Below are positions 33,303-45,099 of a DNA stretch of 55,132 nucleotides, in pieces (the stretch's first letter is position 1; every line of letters starts with the position of its first letter). The notes under the pieces were generated by a model. It did no database searches, was not told the DNA's origin, and saw nothing but the letters and a program-made list of their open reading frames with translations. Made by a program: the position numbers and the translations under genes. This stretch comes from Folioceros fuciformis. Taxonomy: Eukaryota. The DNA is taken from the NCBI GenBank assembly GCA_049999805.1, contig JBNGIO010006348.1:161554-216685 (forward strand), read 5' to 3'.

Positions 33303-33980
33303 AGTAACACCCCCTTCAACGGGGTGGGGCAGAACCACGCAGTTAGAAGCCAAAGCAAGGGTCAGTTTTAAACACCGGACACAGCACTAGGCCTCCAAGT
33401 AGCCCGCCCTCCTCTTCTAGGAGGACTCGCAGCCAGCACTCTTGCTGCTGCTGTCTATTCAAATCACGAGTCAACAAGAACATACAGAGCTGGAGGGCTA
33501 GAGAGAACTCCCCATCTTTGCCTAAGCTAGGAGTTTAGCTCTCCCTTCTCTTGGCCTCCTCCCACAACTCCTTCACAGCACCTTTCATTTGCTCTCACAG
33601 CCCAAGCAACACATGCTCTCAAGGCATAGCCCAAGCACCCAGTGCTCTTAAGGCTTTGAGGAGATATTGATCTCAATTCCATTGTACTGAACTTGCCTTA
33701 GCCCTTGGCTAGGTCCCCTTTTATACACAAGCTCAAGTCACTAACTTAGCAACTACTTACTTAAGCACTTACTTAAGCCTTAAGATATTATACACTTTTC
33801 CGAGGGCTATATGCTTCTCATGCTCTTAGTAACCTGCTCTGCTAAACATGCCTCTGCATGGAGCTTAGTAACCTGCTCTGCTAAACATGCCTNNNNNNNN
33901 NNACATGCCTCTGCATGGAGCTTAGTAACCTGCTCTGCTAAACATGCCTGCATGGAGCTTACTTGCTTGGCACCCAAACC
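33303..33980 (-). repeat. 5' LTR of the Gypsy element, with an expanded 39-bp tandem repeat and a 10-N gap; outer end missing
   Basis: CTTAGTAACCTGCTCTGCTAAACATGCCTCTGCATGGAG occurs at least 3 times here and once in the other LTR. Confidence 0.85.
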
Positions 33981-34203
33981 TGCTTGGAGAATAATTAAAA
34001 GGACAAAAAAAAACCACAACAGGAACTAACTCCCTTTCCACTAATCACATGACTTTGCTACTTGCACCTACTTAAAGAAAATTTAAAATATCAACTTAAA
34101 AATGCGAAAAAACAATTCTTCCGATATTTAAATCGACAAAGATACCACCTAGACTTCGTTTTCAGTATTCCAGTCACGTTTTCTTTACCCTAGAACAACA
34201 CGT

Positions 34204-36171
34204 TCACATTTTCGCTTTGTACATGCCAGGTAACAGTCGAGGGACCGCGATGGCCATCAAGTGCTGAGCTCTGGGGAGGGTGAGTCCGAAAGCCTCGGAC
34301 ATATCCAAATGCTCTGGCTTGTTGCCATCTGGCAGAGACCAAGTGAACGCTTGAAGAAGTCGAGCTAAAGAGTACTGGACCAAAGTGAGGCCCAATGTCA
34401 TGCCCGGGCAACCTCTCCGTCCTGTTCCAAAAGCAAGAAGCTCGAAGTGTTTCCCTTTAACATCAATGTCACTGCATCCAGAAACGCATGACGGAATCTG
34501 AGTAAAGTATACGCCACTCTCTGAGAAACAAGGGTTCCAGATCAGTGAAGAGGGAGTTTACCTGTCTCGGAATCTATCCGGGTTGAACGAGAGGGCATCT
34601 TCCCAAACTTCGGAACTTCTGCCCATCCCCCATGTATTGACCAGCAGCCTAGTCTTTGCGGGTATGTCGTAACCCAGAACTTGGCAAGGCTGTACGGATT
34701 CATGAGGGATCAACAATGCTGTCACCGGGTGAAGCCGGAAAGTCTCCTTCACAATATTCCGGAGGTAAGGAAGTTGTGGGAGATCTGACTCCGACACTAA
34801 ACGATCTGTGCCCACCACAGTGTCAAGCTCTTGCTGTGCGTTCTTCATGATGTGAGGGTGTCTCAGCAGTTCTGACATAGCCCACTCAACTGTGATGCTG
34901 GAAGTATCCGTGCCTGCAATGAAGAGGTCCTGCAACAGGCGTTGGTGAGGATGAGCGATCTTGAAGGCTGCAGATTATGCCTCAAACTGAGTTTGCGCAG
35001 GAAGAGTCTTTCTTACAATCAGAAGGCCCTTGATGTTGTCATCAGTCCAGAGCTCTGATCCATCGGGACCGGGCAAAGTGAGCAGGACCTGAAGAAAGTC
35101 TGCATCAGCCTTCAAACCTTCGCCCTTGGTCTGTGATCGTCGATGATCAGCTATGACTGTACCCAGGAAATTGTCCACTCGCCTACGCACTTTCTGCATC
35201 TCTGCCTTGTAGTTTTTCAGTCTGTCAAGAAAGCTCAAGTACGGGACATAGTCCTCCAGCAGAGGTATAACCTCCAGCCGCAGGATCTCCTCCAAGAGGT
35301 GCTTTAATTCCGTAGCCTTGAGAAAGATGGTAAGATCAAGAACCACCATCTTGTCATAAGCTTGACAAACAAGAGGTAACGCATTGCACAGGCAAGAGGG
35401 GCACTGTAGCTAGAACAACTTACCTCAGCCGCAGCAGCCTGACTGAGCTCTGCATTTCGCTCCGTCAATGCTTCCTCTGCTCCGTAGTTGAAAAACCTCT
35501 TGCTCATTATCATCTGGGTCATAATGTTCATGGTCACGCACCACATTCTGACATTCAAATCCACTACTGTCACGACACCAGATTTGCTGCTGCTGTCCTC
35601 CCTAACCGATCCAATCATGATGGACAACTCTTGAGCTCGAAGTTTCTCAAACTGCTGCAATCTCTTGTTGTTCAGGAGCTCCGTGACAAGTACCTTTCTG
35701 CATAACAGACAAGCGTCAAATCCTGAGCTGGCTGCCGGTCACTTAGAAGTGGATGCTCGACTGCACTCCGTTTCTACCATACCTCATGTTTTTGTATTGC
35801 GCATTATAAGGGCAGTACGCGGGGTGACTGTCTCCATACAAAAGATAGTCCTTGGCAACTATATTGGGCCTGCCTGCGAAATTCTGGTCGTGAACCTGTA
35901 GCATCTCTCTGGCCAGTTCTGGTGAAGACACAACGAGAGCTGGCTTCAATCCCAATTTGATAGAAAATAAAGGCCCGTACACCTGGGAGATGCGAAAGAG
36001 CTCCCTGTGCGGGCCAGGGGTCATAAAAATGGAGAGGTTTCCGAGTATTGGAACTCCCTTGGGCCCTGGAGGAAATCTGAGCACCTTTGCCTGTGCTTTG
36101 CCACGCAGAACATAAGCACTCAGCATTGCCAACCCAACCAGGATCCATGACACTACGACGGTGCCCTCCAT
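34204..36171 (-). CDS. Cytochrome P450, CYP71 clan (A-type); 5 exons: 36171-35783, 35697-35424, 35316-35017, 34929-34562, 34471-34204 (532 aa)
   Basis: GT-AG splicing gives a 1599-nt frame: membrane anchor, PPGP hinge, I-helix AGTDTS, K-helix ETFR, PDRF and heme motif [10 protein letters not shown]. Confidence 0.94.
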
Positions 36172-36579
36172 GGGATGCTTAGGAATGCAGTTCTACTAGT
36201 GGAGAAGCAGCACTCTCCGTTCTTGTGCTTTATGGAACCGTCCTCTCGCGTGTATCCTGGTGTTTGATATTCTCGAGGACGAGACTTGACTTGAGATTCT
36301 CTCATCAGTATTTTTGTTATTTGAAGTTCTTTTGTCGTACTTGGGGGCGGCCAAATGTTTGCGTCTTGACGTACAGGGTGGTTCGAAATTTTATGATTTT
36401 TCTATGAACAGTTTCACACAAGAGAGTGTCCAAGATGATTCTCAAAACTACTTGTCAGGCTACCTCGAACTTTTATGATTTTTCTCAAACAGTTTTACTT
36501 GAGAGGAAATAAAAATTTCCAATATCATTCTCAAAACTAAATGTTGCTCGCAAAAAATCATGTTGCGAAATAACAAAAA

Positions 36580-37150
36580 GCCTATGTAGCATGCGGAATA
36601 ATAAAAGGCCTATCTAACACCAATGCCGAAGAAGCAACTTGACATGTACTCGTTGGTTGTTGTTCTAAGACCACATTGCTCAGTGCTCTTTGTAAAGTAA
36701 TGGATAGGTGATGCCAAAAGAAGACTACCGCTGAGGAAAGGGCAAGAACCCCATTCGTATGACTATGATACACTTTTGTGCACTACTTATGAACCTTGAA
36801 AAAGTCTTTACCCATGACTCCATGGGTCTCAAGAGCAAGTGGATGAAAACATGCCCATCTAATTATGGGCTTTGGCACTTGCACAACCCTTTGCTACCCA
36901 TCCAGGAGGATTGGAGGGTTGATGACGATATGCTCTCAAATTTGTGACAACTATATCAACAACACAAACTTGTTCCCTATGAGAAGTGAAAAAAAAGGTT
37001 GATTCTAAGTAAAACCCCATTGTGTAAAGTATACGAATGCTCCCATACGAAAGAAGCCCACATTCCCTAGCCATCTAGCACATGACATCTTAGACTGCAT
37101 CATGGGCGCAAATGTGGTGTCTGATCGAGCCATGACATCCTGGACTACAT
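36580..37150 (-). mobile_element. Fragment C of the CRE-like non-LTR element (REL domain and 3' part)
   Basis: Colinear nucleotide similarity to 11745-12300 (e.g. TGTGCACT.CTT.ATGAACCTTGAAAA.GTC.TT.CCCATG); translation HDAV.DV...MARECG...EQVCVVDIVV...GWVAKGCASAK. Confidence 0.65.
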
Positions 37151-37324
37151 CATCAATAACCTATGGTTAACCTAACTCGGTTATTGAACCGATAGGGTTA
37201 GCAATACTTTAACTATAAAAGCAACACCATGCTACAATTTATGCATACTTATTCTATATATGCTTTCTTGCATCTAGTCCTTAGATGTTCTTTTTGTGTG
37301 TCTTCACACTTATAGAAAGTATCA

Positions 37325-40300
37325 TGGTATCAAAGCTATCGATGCTCTAAGACTTCCGCTGCACCATCTCTAGACACTAAGTGTGATGTTAATTTAGTGA
37401 AGTAGAGGTGTCGGCGAACCTCAACCTTCTTACTATGGGAAGGCTGAGATTTGCTGACGTCTCCATGCCACCAACCTGCACACAACACGTTAGTCTAGTT
37501 TGTATGATCTATCTAACTATTCTACAGATGTTTGATAGATACTATTCAGCACAGGCCCTGCTCTAAATATGTCTAGGAGAGGAAATAGATGCAGTTCCAG
37601 GATTGCTCTTTTCTCTTCGAGGGCTGGCAAGGGATTCTACACACAGGCTAAGCGATTCCTTTGATTCTGAACAATGGATTCCAAGACGCCCACGCCAGGA
37701 CAGAAGGAGGAAACAGATTGTTGCCTCGCCTCACTTGTTTTCCAGTCGCGTTGCAGCAAGGCGTTTGGAGCTCAATAACCAGCATAGTCGAAGTTCTCTG
37801 CAACCATTTTGCTATCTGGCCTGGATGAAACAACTGTTACTGAAGTTGATTTCCTTGACTCAACTAAAGCAATTTGAAATCAACTTATGGAGACTTACTA
37901 GGTTCAGAATATCTGTACCTTCATTAATGTCAGCAATGACTTCCACAGTCTCAGGCTGAAGGAGGGGGAACCAGTTGGAGCACATATCGCTAAGTTGAGG
38001 CACCTGCGAGCACAACTTGCTGCGTTGGGTACCAAGATAACGGACGTGGAGATGACTGCTCAACTACTGTCCAGCCTTCCTTCTTCCTTCCAGACATTTA
38101 TCTCAAGTCAGAATGCCACTCTGCATGATGCATATAAGCCTGCAGCGAGTGGACAACCGTCAACTCTGAATCTAAATGAAATCATTGGGGCACTCCTGCA
38201 AGAGGAGCAGAGTCGTCAGCGAGCTCATCCAGGTTCAAGACTTCGTGGTGAGAAAGCCCTGTTTGCCGCAAAGGGAAAAGGACTTTGGAAGGGGAAGGAT
38301 AACAAGAACAAGAGAGGACAAAACTTATTTGGTCCTCCTGGTTCTTCTTCTGCAACCACTAAGCGTCAAGGTAGTTGTACCTGGTGCCAGATCCCTAGCA
38401 CTGGGAACGAGACTGCCGGAAATAGAAGGTTGGTGAGCCCAAGAAGGATGCAAGATCTGAGGCTCATGTTTCTACTAAGGAACATAAATTGTCACCTGCT
38501 CGACAGCAATTTGCTCGAAGTAGCAGTACAGTTCTTATAGTTTGCTTGACTTCTACCATCGAGAACTCTCGGCGTTGGTATATTGACTCAGGAGCTACTG
38601 CTCATGTTTGCAATAATCAGCATATGTTCACCACCTTTCACGAACAAACGACATCTTTGTCAGTTTTTGTAGGAGACTCTCGTGGTGTAGAGGTAAAAGG
38701 AACTAGTGAGGTTGTCATACCTTTGCTTGATGGCTCCACACTGCATCTTCAGGATGTCCTTTGTGTTCCTCAAATGGGTAAGAATTTGCTGTCTATTAGA
38801 GCCATTACAGAAAGCCATAGGTATGGCTTTAGGTTTGAAGACCAAACCTGTTACATCTACTCTTTGTCAGATATAGAAAGCTATGTTGGTAAAGCTGTCC
38901 TAGTCAATGATCTCTATCAACTAGTGCCTATTCAAAAGTCTAAGTATAAGGCGTTACTTACAACTTTGGATGTCAAGGCCCAAGTGTGGCATGCCAGATT
39001 AGGTCATGTGAATAGGTCTAAACTAGATTTGATGTCTAAATCGTCCTGTTATTGTGAGAGTCTGCCACCATGTTTTAAACATCTTGCACCTTGTAGTTCT
39101 TGTATCCTGTCCAAGCAGAAAGAACTACCTTTTAAAAATAAACACGCTACATGAGCAAAGCAAGTACTGGAACCGATGCATGCAGACATAGCTGGAAAGT
39201 TACCTGTTAAGTCTCTTGGAGGTGCTGAATATTACTTAACTCTGTAGATGATTTTTCATAATACACATGGACCTTTCCCCTCAGATTTAAGAGTGATGTA
39301 TTTGAAACCACCTCTACTTGGATCAAGATGGTTCAGAGACAAACAAGTAAATTAATGAAATGCTTTCGAATTGATAATGGCGGAGGGTTCACATGTTGTC
39401 AGTTTGATGAACTGTTTGAGGAATATGGCATCACAAGACAACTCTCTGTACCCTACACACAACAACAGAACGGGGTTGCAGAGAAGAAAAATCAAACACT
39501 CATGGGGATGGTTAGAAGCATGTTGTCATGGGCTGCCCTTCCAAATAAATATTGGGCACAAGCTGTGGTTTGTGCTACTTACATTCTAAACAGAGTTGTG
39601 ACGTCTGCGTTGCCTGGTAGAACTCCATATGAAGCCTTTTGGGGTCGGAAACCTAGTTTGCTTCACTTAAAGGATTTTGGGTCTCCGGCTTTTGCATACA
39701 TACCTGAAGCCAAAAGGAAGAAGTTAGATAATCGAGCTCAACCTCTTATTTTTCTCGGATATTCAGAAGAGTCTAAAGCCTATAAATTGTTTGACCCTAC
39801 CTTGTCTCGCAATGCTACTTTCACAGAGCTCACTTCTCCTCGGTCTGACCTAGCAGTACCACAACTGTATGAGTCAGAACCATTCTCCACAACACAAGAC
39901 TTGTTTGCTAGCCTAGATGTAGAACAGACTCAAGTTCCTTATACTTACCCTGATTCTGATTGTGAAGTATTGATTTCGGCTGAACTTGCTGTTGGACGAT
40001 GAGGAGTTGATGGTTTGTATGCACAGGATGCCCAACCAGTTATAGATCCTGCCAACCCAGATGACATTCGGTCAGTTCAGTCTGAAGACTCAGTCAAATC
40101 AGATGATTTGGCCGCAGAGGAGGTTCTACAGGAAGTTGTGAATGAGGAGCACTTACCTGACCCTGATGAAGTAGCACATGTGGACGACCCTGAAGTTGAA
40201 ACTTCTCACTATCCAGTGCGAGAGCGCAGGTCTCATGACAATTGGCTTGAACCTCCATATTAGGCCCATGATTTTCGTACACATGGAGCACATGTAACAT

Positions 40301-43300
40301 ATCTTCATGTACCTGATGTTCGATCAGACCCACAGAGTTATTCAGAGGCTCTATCAGGACCTGATGCTGAACACTAGAGAGTCTCCATTGATGATGAGTA
40401 CACCTCGTTGATGAAGAATGGCACATGGGAACTTGCAGAACTTCCCCCTGGTCGTAAGCTGATCACTTGCAAATGGGTTTTTAAAACCAAACTTAAAGCT
40501 GATGGAAATATATCCAGATACAAGAGCAGACTTGTAGCTAGGGGATTCTCATAGATTCCAAGCGTAGATTTTGGAGATACATTCTCACCTATGGTCAAGC
40601 CACCATCTATTCGAATCTTGCTTGCCCTTGCTGCTGAGTTCGATCTTGAGCTTCACCAAATGGATGTTTGTACGGCCTTTTTGCATGGAGAGCTTGAGGA
40701 GGCCCCGTATATGGTTCAACCTGAAGGGTTTGTTAGTCAGAAGTGGCCTCAAAAAGTTTGTAAATTGTTGAAGACAATCTATGGCCTAAAACAGAGTTCG
40801 AGAGCATGGTACAAACGCATCACAAAGTTTCTGATTCAGTCTTGTTTCTTACAATCCTTAGCTGACACAAATGTTTTTTACTTAGCTAACTCAAGCTCGT
40901 TTGTGATTCTAGCTCTATACGTTGATGATGCCATTCTCCTCAATAACAATGTGTCTCACCTCAATACTGTTAAGGCCCTTTTGCGCAATGAATTTGAGAT
41001 GACGGATCAAGGCCCTCTACAGTTCTGCTTGTGCATACAGATTCTCAGAAATAGACAGAATGGTACTCTAGTACTTCATCATACTAAATACCTCAAGGAG
41101 ATCTTTAAGCGTTTTTACCTTGATGAAGCTAGGCTAGTGTCTACTCCTTTTGTTGTTGGTGAAAAACTCACTGCAGATCAGTCCCCAAAGTCTGTAGAGG
41201 AGGAAATGGACATGGCTTCTATCCCTTATGTAGAGGCAGTTGTTGAGATCCTAGTAATAGGATTGCATCTAATCTAGCATGATTAGGATTGCATCTAGCC
41301 TAGCATGATCAAGATGCAATGCTTAGAGAGATATTTCGTGTTAGTCTCTAAAAAGTGTATATAAAGTGTGTCTTAAATAGTGTTACTAGGTTTCTCTTCC
41401 AAAGAGGCACACCCGTTCGTAATTATTAACTACTATTAGTATGGTCTACGGTAACTAGCTAGTCGGCAGGGCTACGGGCAAATTATCCATTCTGTAACAC
41501 TCCCTCTTAAGCTGAACGTAATCTGACCGGTGGTGGAGGCTATCTCCCATGGAGCGCGACGCTCCTCTTTGATGTGCTCCCTCTAAAGGCTAATGAGAGC
41601 CTGTACATGCCGTCTTGAGGCACGGCACTGAAGAGGCACAAGTCAGGATTTGTGGTCCTGAAAGGGTAGCATGACCCCCTTGAAGCAAGCATCTTACGAT
41701 CGCCTTGCTTCAACAGCTAAGTCATGGAGACCAGGTTCTTGCCAATCTGTGGGACTAGGAGCACAGGCTCCAAGGTAAGCACCGAACCGTCCTCGAGGGG
41801 AAGTTCGCAAGTGCCTTGTCCCATGATTGGCAGGCTAGATCTACTCTGTTCGTCACCAAGTAACACCCTTTCCTTGAGAGGACGAGTATCAAGCTTGGTG
41901 AATAGAGTACGATTGTTGCATGTGTGGGCGGTGGCTCCACTATCCAGATACCACCCCGCATCCTGATGCAACTGGGTTGAGGCAAGCCATAAGTATCTTT
42001 ACGGTTCTTGTCTCCGTTGTGCTGGCGTTCCCCTTGACTATAATACTGGCTGCCTGTCACAAGTCAGCCTTCTGCGGCTCTCCGGCCTCTTTCTTGCGGC
42101 ACTCTTGTGCCCAATGGCCGGCAGCTCCGCACCAATTGCAGTTTCCAGCTTGGCGAGGAGGGGCAAAGGTTGAGTCACCTTAAGGGGTGAAGTTCGCCTC
42201 GCCCTTCGAATTCCTCCCGGGCTTGAAGCGGGTGGAAAGCGCCCTGTCTGCTTTGGGCTTGGACCCTCCTGCAGAACATAAGAGGCTCTACTCTTGCTGA
42301 CACAGAGCACCGATGATGTCCTCCACTGTTAGGGTGGGGGCGGTACCTGCCTTACCCTGAGTTGATACCAATGTCAAGCTGGTAACAAAATTCTGGTAAG
42401 ACAATGGTAAGCTCATTAGCAGTTGTGCAGTGGCATCAGTCTCCGACATGGTTGAGCCAAGGGAGGCGAGCTGCCCTCGCAGCTGTCTGAACTTCAAGGT
42501 GTGAGCAGAGATCGTATCTCTCTTTCATCCGTAAGGAGTTGAATTCCTGCCTTATACTATACAAGGTTAGAACATTGGTAACATTGTAGGTGTTAGACAA
42601 TTGGTCCCAGATGGAAGATGCATCTGAGAGAAGTTCAACACTAGGCACAAGACTTGAATCCAGGCCGCTGATCAGGAGTGCCACAACTATCCCATTCAAA
42701 TAGTCCCATCTCTCAACGACGGCGACTAGCGGGGGTGGAGTGGCAGAAGGGTCGGGCTTTGGAAGGGTGCCGTCGACGATCTTCCAAACGCCTCGGTCAA
42801 TAAGGACCGACTTCATCCGAACGCACCACACAGGATAGTGCTGGCGTTGAATCAGTCTTTCTCTCTAATGTGGTCGGTGAAGACGGGAATCGAGCCGGTG
42901 GAGGGAGTACTAGCCATGGTAGCCAATAGCATCAAGCGAAAGAGAGTTGAAGGGTTGTATAAGCTGATTCACCATGTCTCCGTGAGTTGTGGTCATAGGA
43001 CATCAAGTTGAGTCCTCATCGCAGGCTATTGGTGTGGCAAGTGAACGAAAAAACGAAGGGTCCCTCCTCCACAAGTGCCGACAGAAGATCCTCAAAGAAA
43101 ATAATTATCCATCGCTTGCTTACTTTTAATTTCTCTTGGGGTATGGATTTTTTTTTTTTTTTTTTTTGCACAGGTACTAGCGAAAAAAAAACTGTCGAAG
43201 AAAAAAAAACATATTAGACCCGTTGGAGAGTAACGGGGTGGCACCCGTTCGGAACGGGCGCACCGTTCCGTTGAACGGGTGTGCCGTTCCGTGAAACGGG

Positions 43301-45085
43301 ACACCCCGTTTCGTTGCCCCCCTTACCCGAAGCGTTATCCAACTTAAGTTGGATAACGGTTCGCCTGTGTGCGAACCGGGGAGGCAGCGAGGTAGGGGCG
43401 CCTCGTTGCCTTGCACCTCACACCACCTTGCGCTTCGTTGCGATTGCCTCGAGTACCTGCAACAGGTGCGATCGGCTGCAGGCGCTAGATCAACAAGCCA
43501 GGGTGCCTCCTCCTGCAAAGCCTTGTGTCTGAATTTGGTGTATTTTAGGTCAGGATCAGCCTAGAATTGCTTCTCATCCTGCAATCTTCCACACCCCCTT
43601 AGATCCACCTCAATTCTCGATGGAGTTTGTTCGATTCTGGCACCATTTGGCAGAAGTTGAGTAATAGGGGGCAGATCCTCTATGGGAATACCTTCTCCCC
43701 CTAGACGCCTGCAGATTGGGGGAAATTGAGCCAGTTCAGAGATACTAAGATCGACCGAGCTCCAATCCCTCACTTCCTCAATCAAGCTCCAATCAGCAAT
43801 TTCTCATGAGTTGAGGCACCTAATTATTGGCAGACAAAGGGCGCCTTGTAGGCGCGACCAGCCCTGGCTTGAAATCGCTGTGAACGGGGCATCGGCGCCT
43901 CCGATTGCTGTGCCCAAAGATCCTCCTTGGGTTTCATTTACGCTCCCAACAATTGATATGTACAAAAAATATACACCTTGAAATCTTCCTGAAGGAGAGT
44001 AGAGAGGGTAGCCCGTGCTCTTTCAAAACTCTAGAGTCAAGCATCCTGGGGTCGGATCAGCACCTGGATGGGAGACCTGTTTTGGTGCACTCATCTTTTT
44101 TTTCTCCCCTTTTTTTTTTTCAAAGGGAAAATTTTGATAGCATTTTCTAAGCCTAGGCACTATGTTTCCTAGACATTCTAGGACAAACAACCTTCTTCTA
44201 GCTTAGATTTTCCCTATCCTAAATCGTTAGGTCTCGACTAGCATCCACAAGATTCTTCTCGTAATTCGAACGAATAAAGAAAACTATCATGATCTGATGC
44301 ATGATTTATTTTGCAGAGCCGGAAAAACTCGTCAAGAAGATCTATTGGCAAGCGGGTAAGGTTCTCAAAAATCTTTGGATATCGCTTGCGCAACCTCAAT
44401 GACATGTTTCTAGCCATGATTAGAATACCATGTGAGCCAAGGCTCTAATACCATGTTGAGATCCTAGCAGTAGGATTGCATCTAATCTAGCATGACTAGG
44501 ATTGCATCTAGTCGAGCATGATCAAGATGCTATGCTCAAAGAGATATTTCGTGTTAATCTCTGAAGAGTGTATACAAAGTGTGTCTTAAATAGTGTCACT
44601 AGGTGTCTCTTCCGAAGAGGCACAACTGTTCGTAATTATTAACTACTATTAATATGGTCTACGATAACTAGCTAGTCGGCAGGGTTACAGGCAGATTATC
44701 CATTCCGTAACAGTAGTTGGGTGCTTGATCTTCTTGGCTAACTAGAGTAGGCCTGACATCAGCTTCTCAGATAGTGTAGTCGCCCAGTTCTTGAAGACTC
44801 CTGGTAGAGCTCATTGGTCTGCAGTAAAGCGGATCTATCGTTACCTTAAAGGCACCATCAACTTTGGCTTGCATTATACAGCTAGTGGTAAAAAGGAGTG
44901 TGTTCTTACAGTTTTGGCGGACGCAAATTGGGCTTTGGATTCTGACTCTAGAAAAAGTCTCTCTGCTTATGTCTACTTCATATCCTCTGGCCCTGTCAAC
45001 TAGTCCTGCAAAAAGCAATCCTCCCTTGCCCTCTCATCTACTGAAGCTGAGTACAAGGCTTTAACAGATGCCTGTAAGGAGATTG
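37325..45085 (+). mobile_element. Ty1/Copia retrotransposon (Copia-2), decayed, 3'-truncated in RNase H and interrupted by a nested element; 5' LTR ends at 37324 (start not resolved)
   Basis: ...ATCA followed by PBS TGGTATCAAAGC at 37325. Gag 37995-38540, protease WYIDSGATAH, WHARLGH, integrase (DNGG.F, QQNGVAEKKN), RT (QMDVCTAFLHG, LYVDD). RT resumes at 44713 (VGCLIFLA..SRPDISF) and RNase H reaches SSTEAEYKAL. Confidence 0.92.
41241..44712 (-). mobile_element. Non-autonomous Copia-related LTR element encoding only Gag and protease (TR-GAG-like), nested in Copia-2 RT
   Basis: 259-bp TG...CA LTRs at 41241-41499 and 44454-44712. PBS TGGTATTAGAGCC (44441-44453, minus); PPT AAGAGGGAG next to 41500; TSD GCAGT/GTAGT. 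Gag from ATG ~42917 with knuckle CNWCGAAGHWAQEC and protease WYLDSGATAH; no integrase or RT. Confidence 0.93.
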
Positions 45086-45099
45086 AAGGAGCAAGGAGG

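Larger units (their letters stand above)
28096..33980 (-). mobile_element. Ty3/Gypsy chromovirus-type LTR retrotransposon, near full length, with inactivating mutations
   Basis: LTRs 28096-28691 and 33303-~33980 (about 18 substitutions counted by eye, ~3%). iMet PBS TGGTATCAGAGC on minus at 33288-33299. Gag, protease (LLDSTATHNF), RT (YLDDILI), RNase H (CDAS), integrase and a chromodomain-like tail (EIEEFL...YMVKLRG...VW, ~28720-28883) in Gypsy order. Confidence 0.95.

Noticed and set aside
43232-43310. tRNA gene
   Set aside because: The cloverleaf-like pairing lacks tRNA arm lengths, a 7-nt anticodon loop and A/B boxes; kept only as a structural finding.
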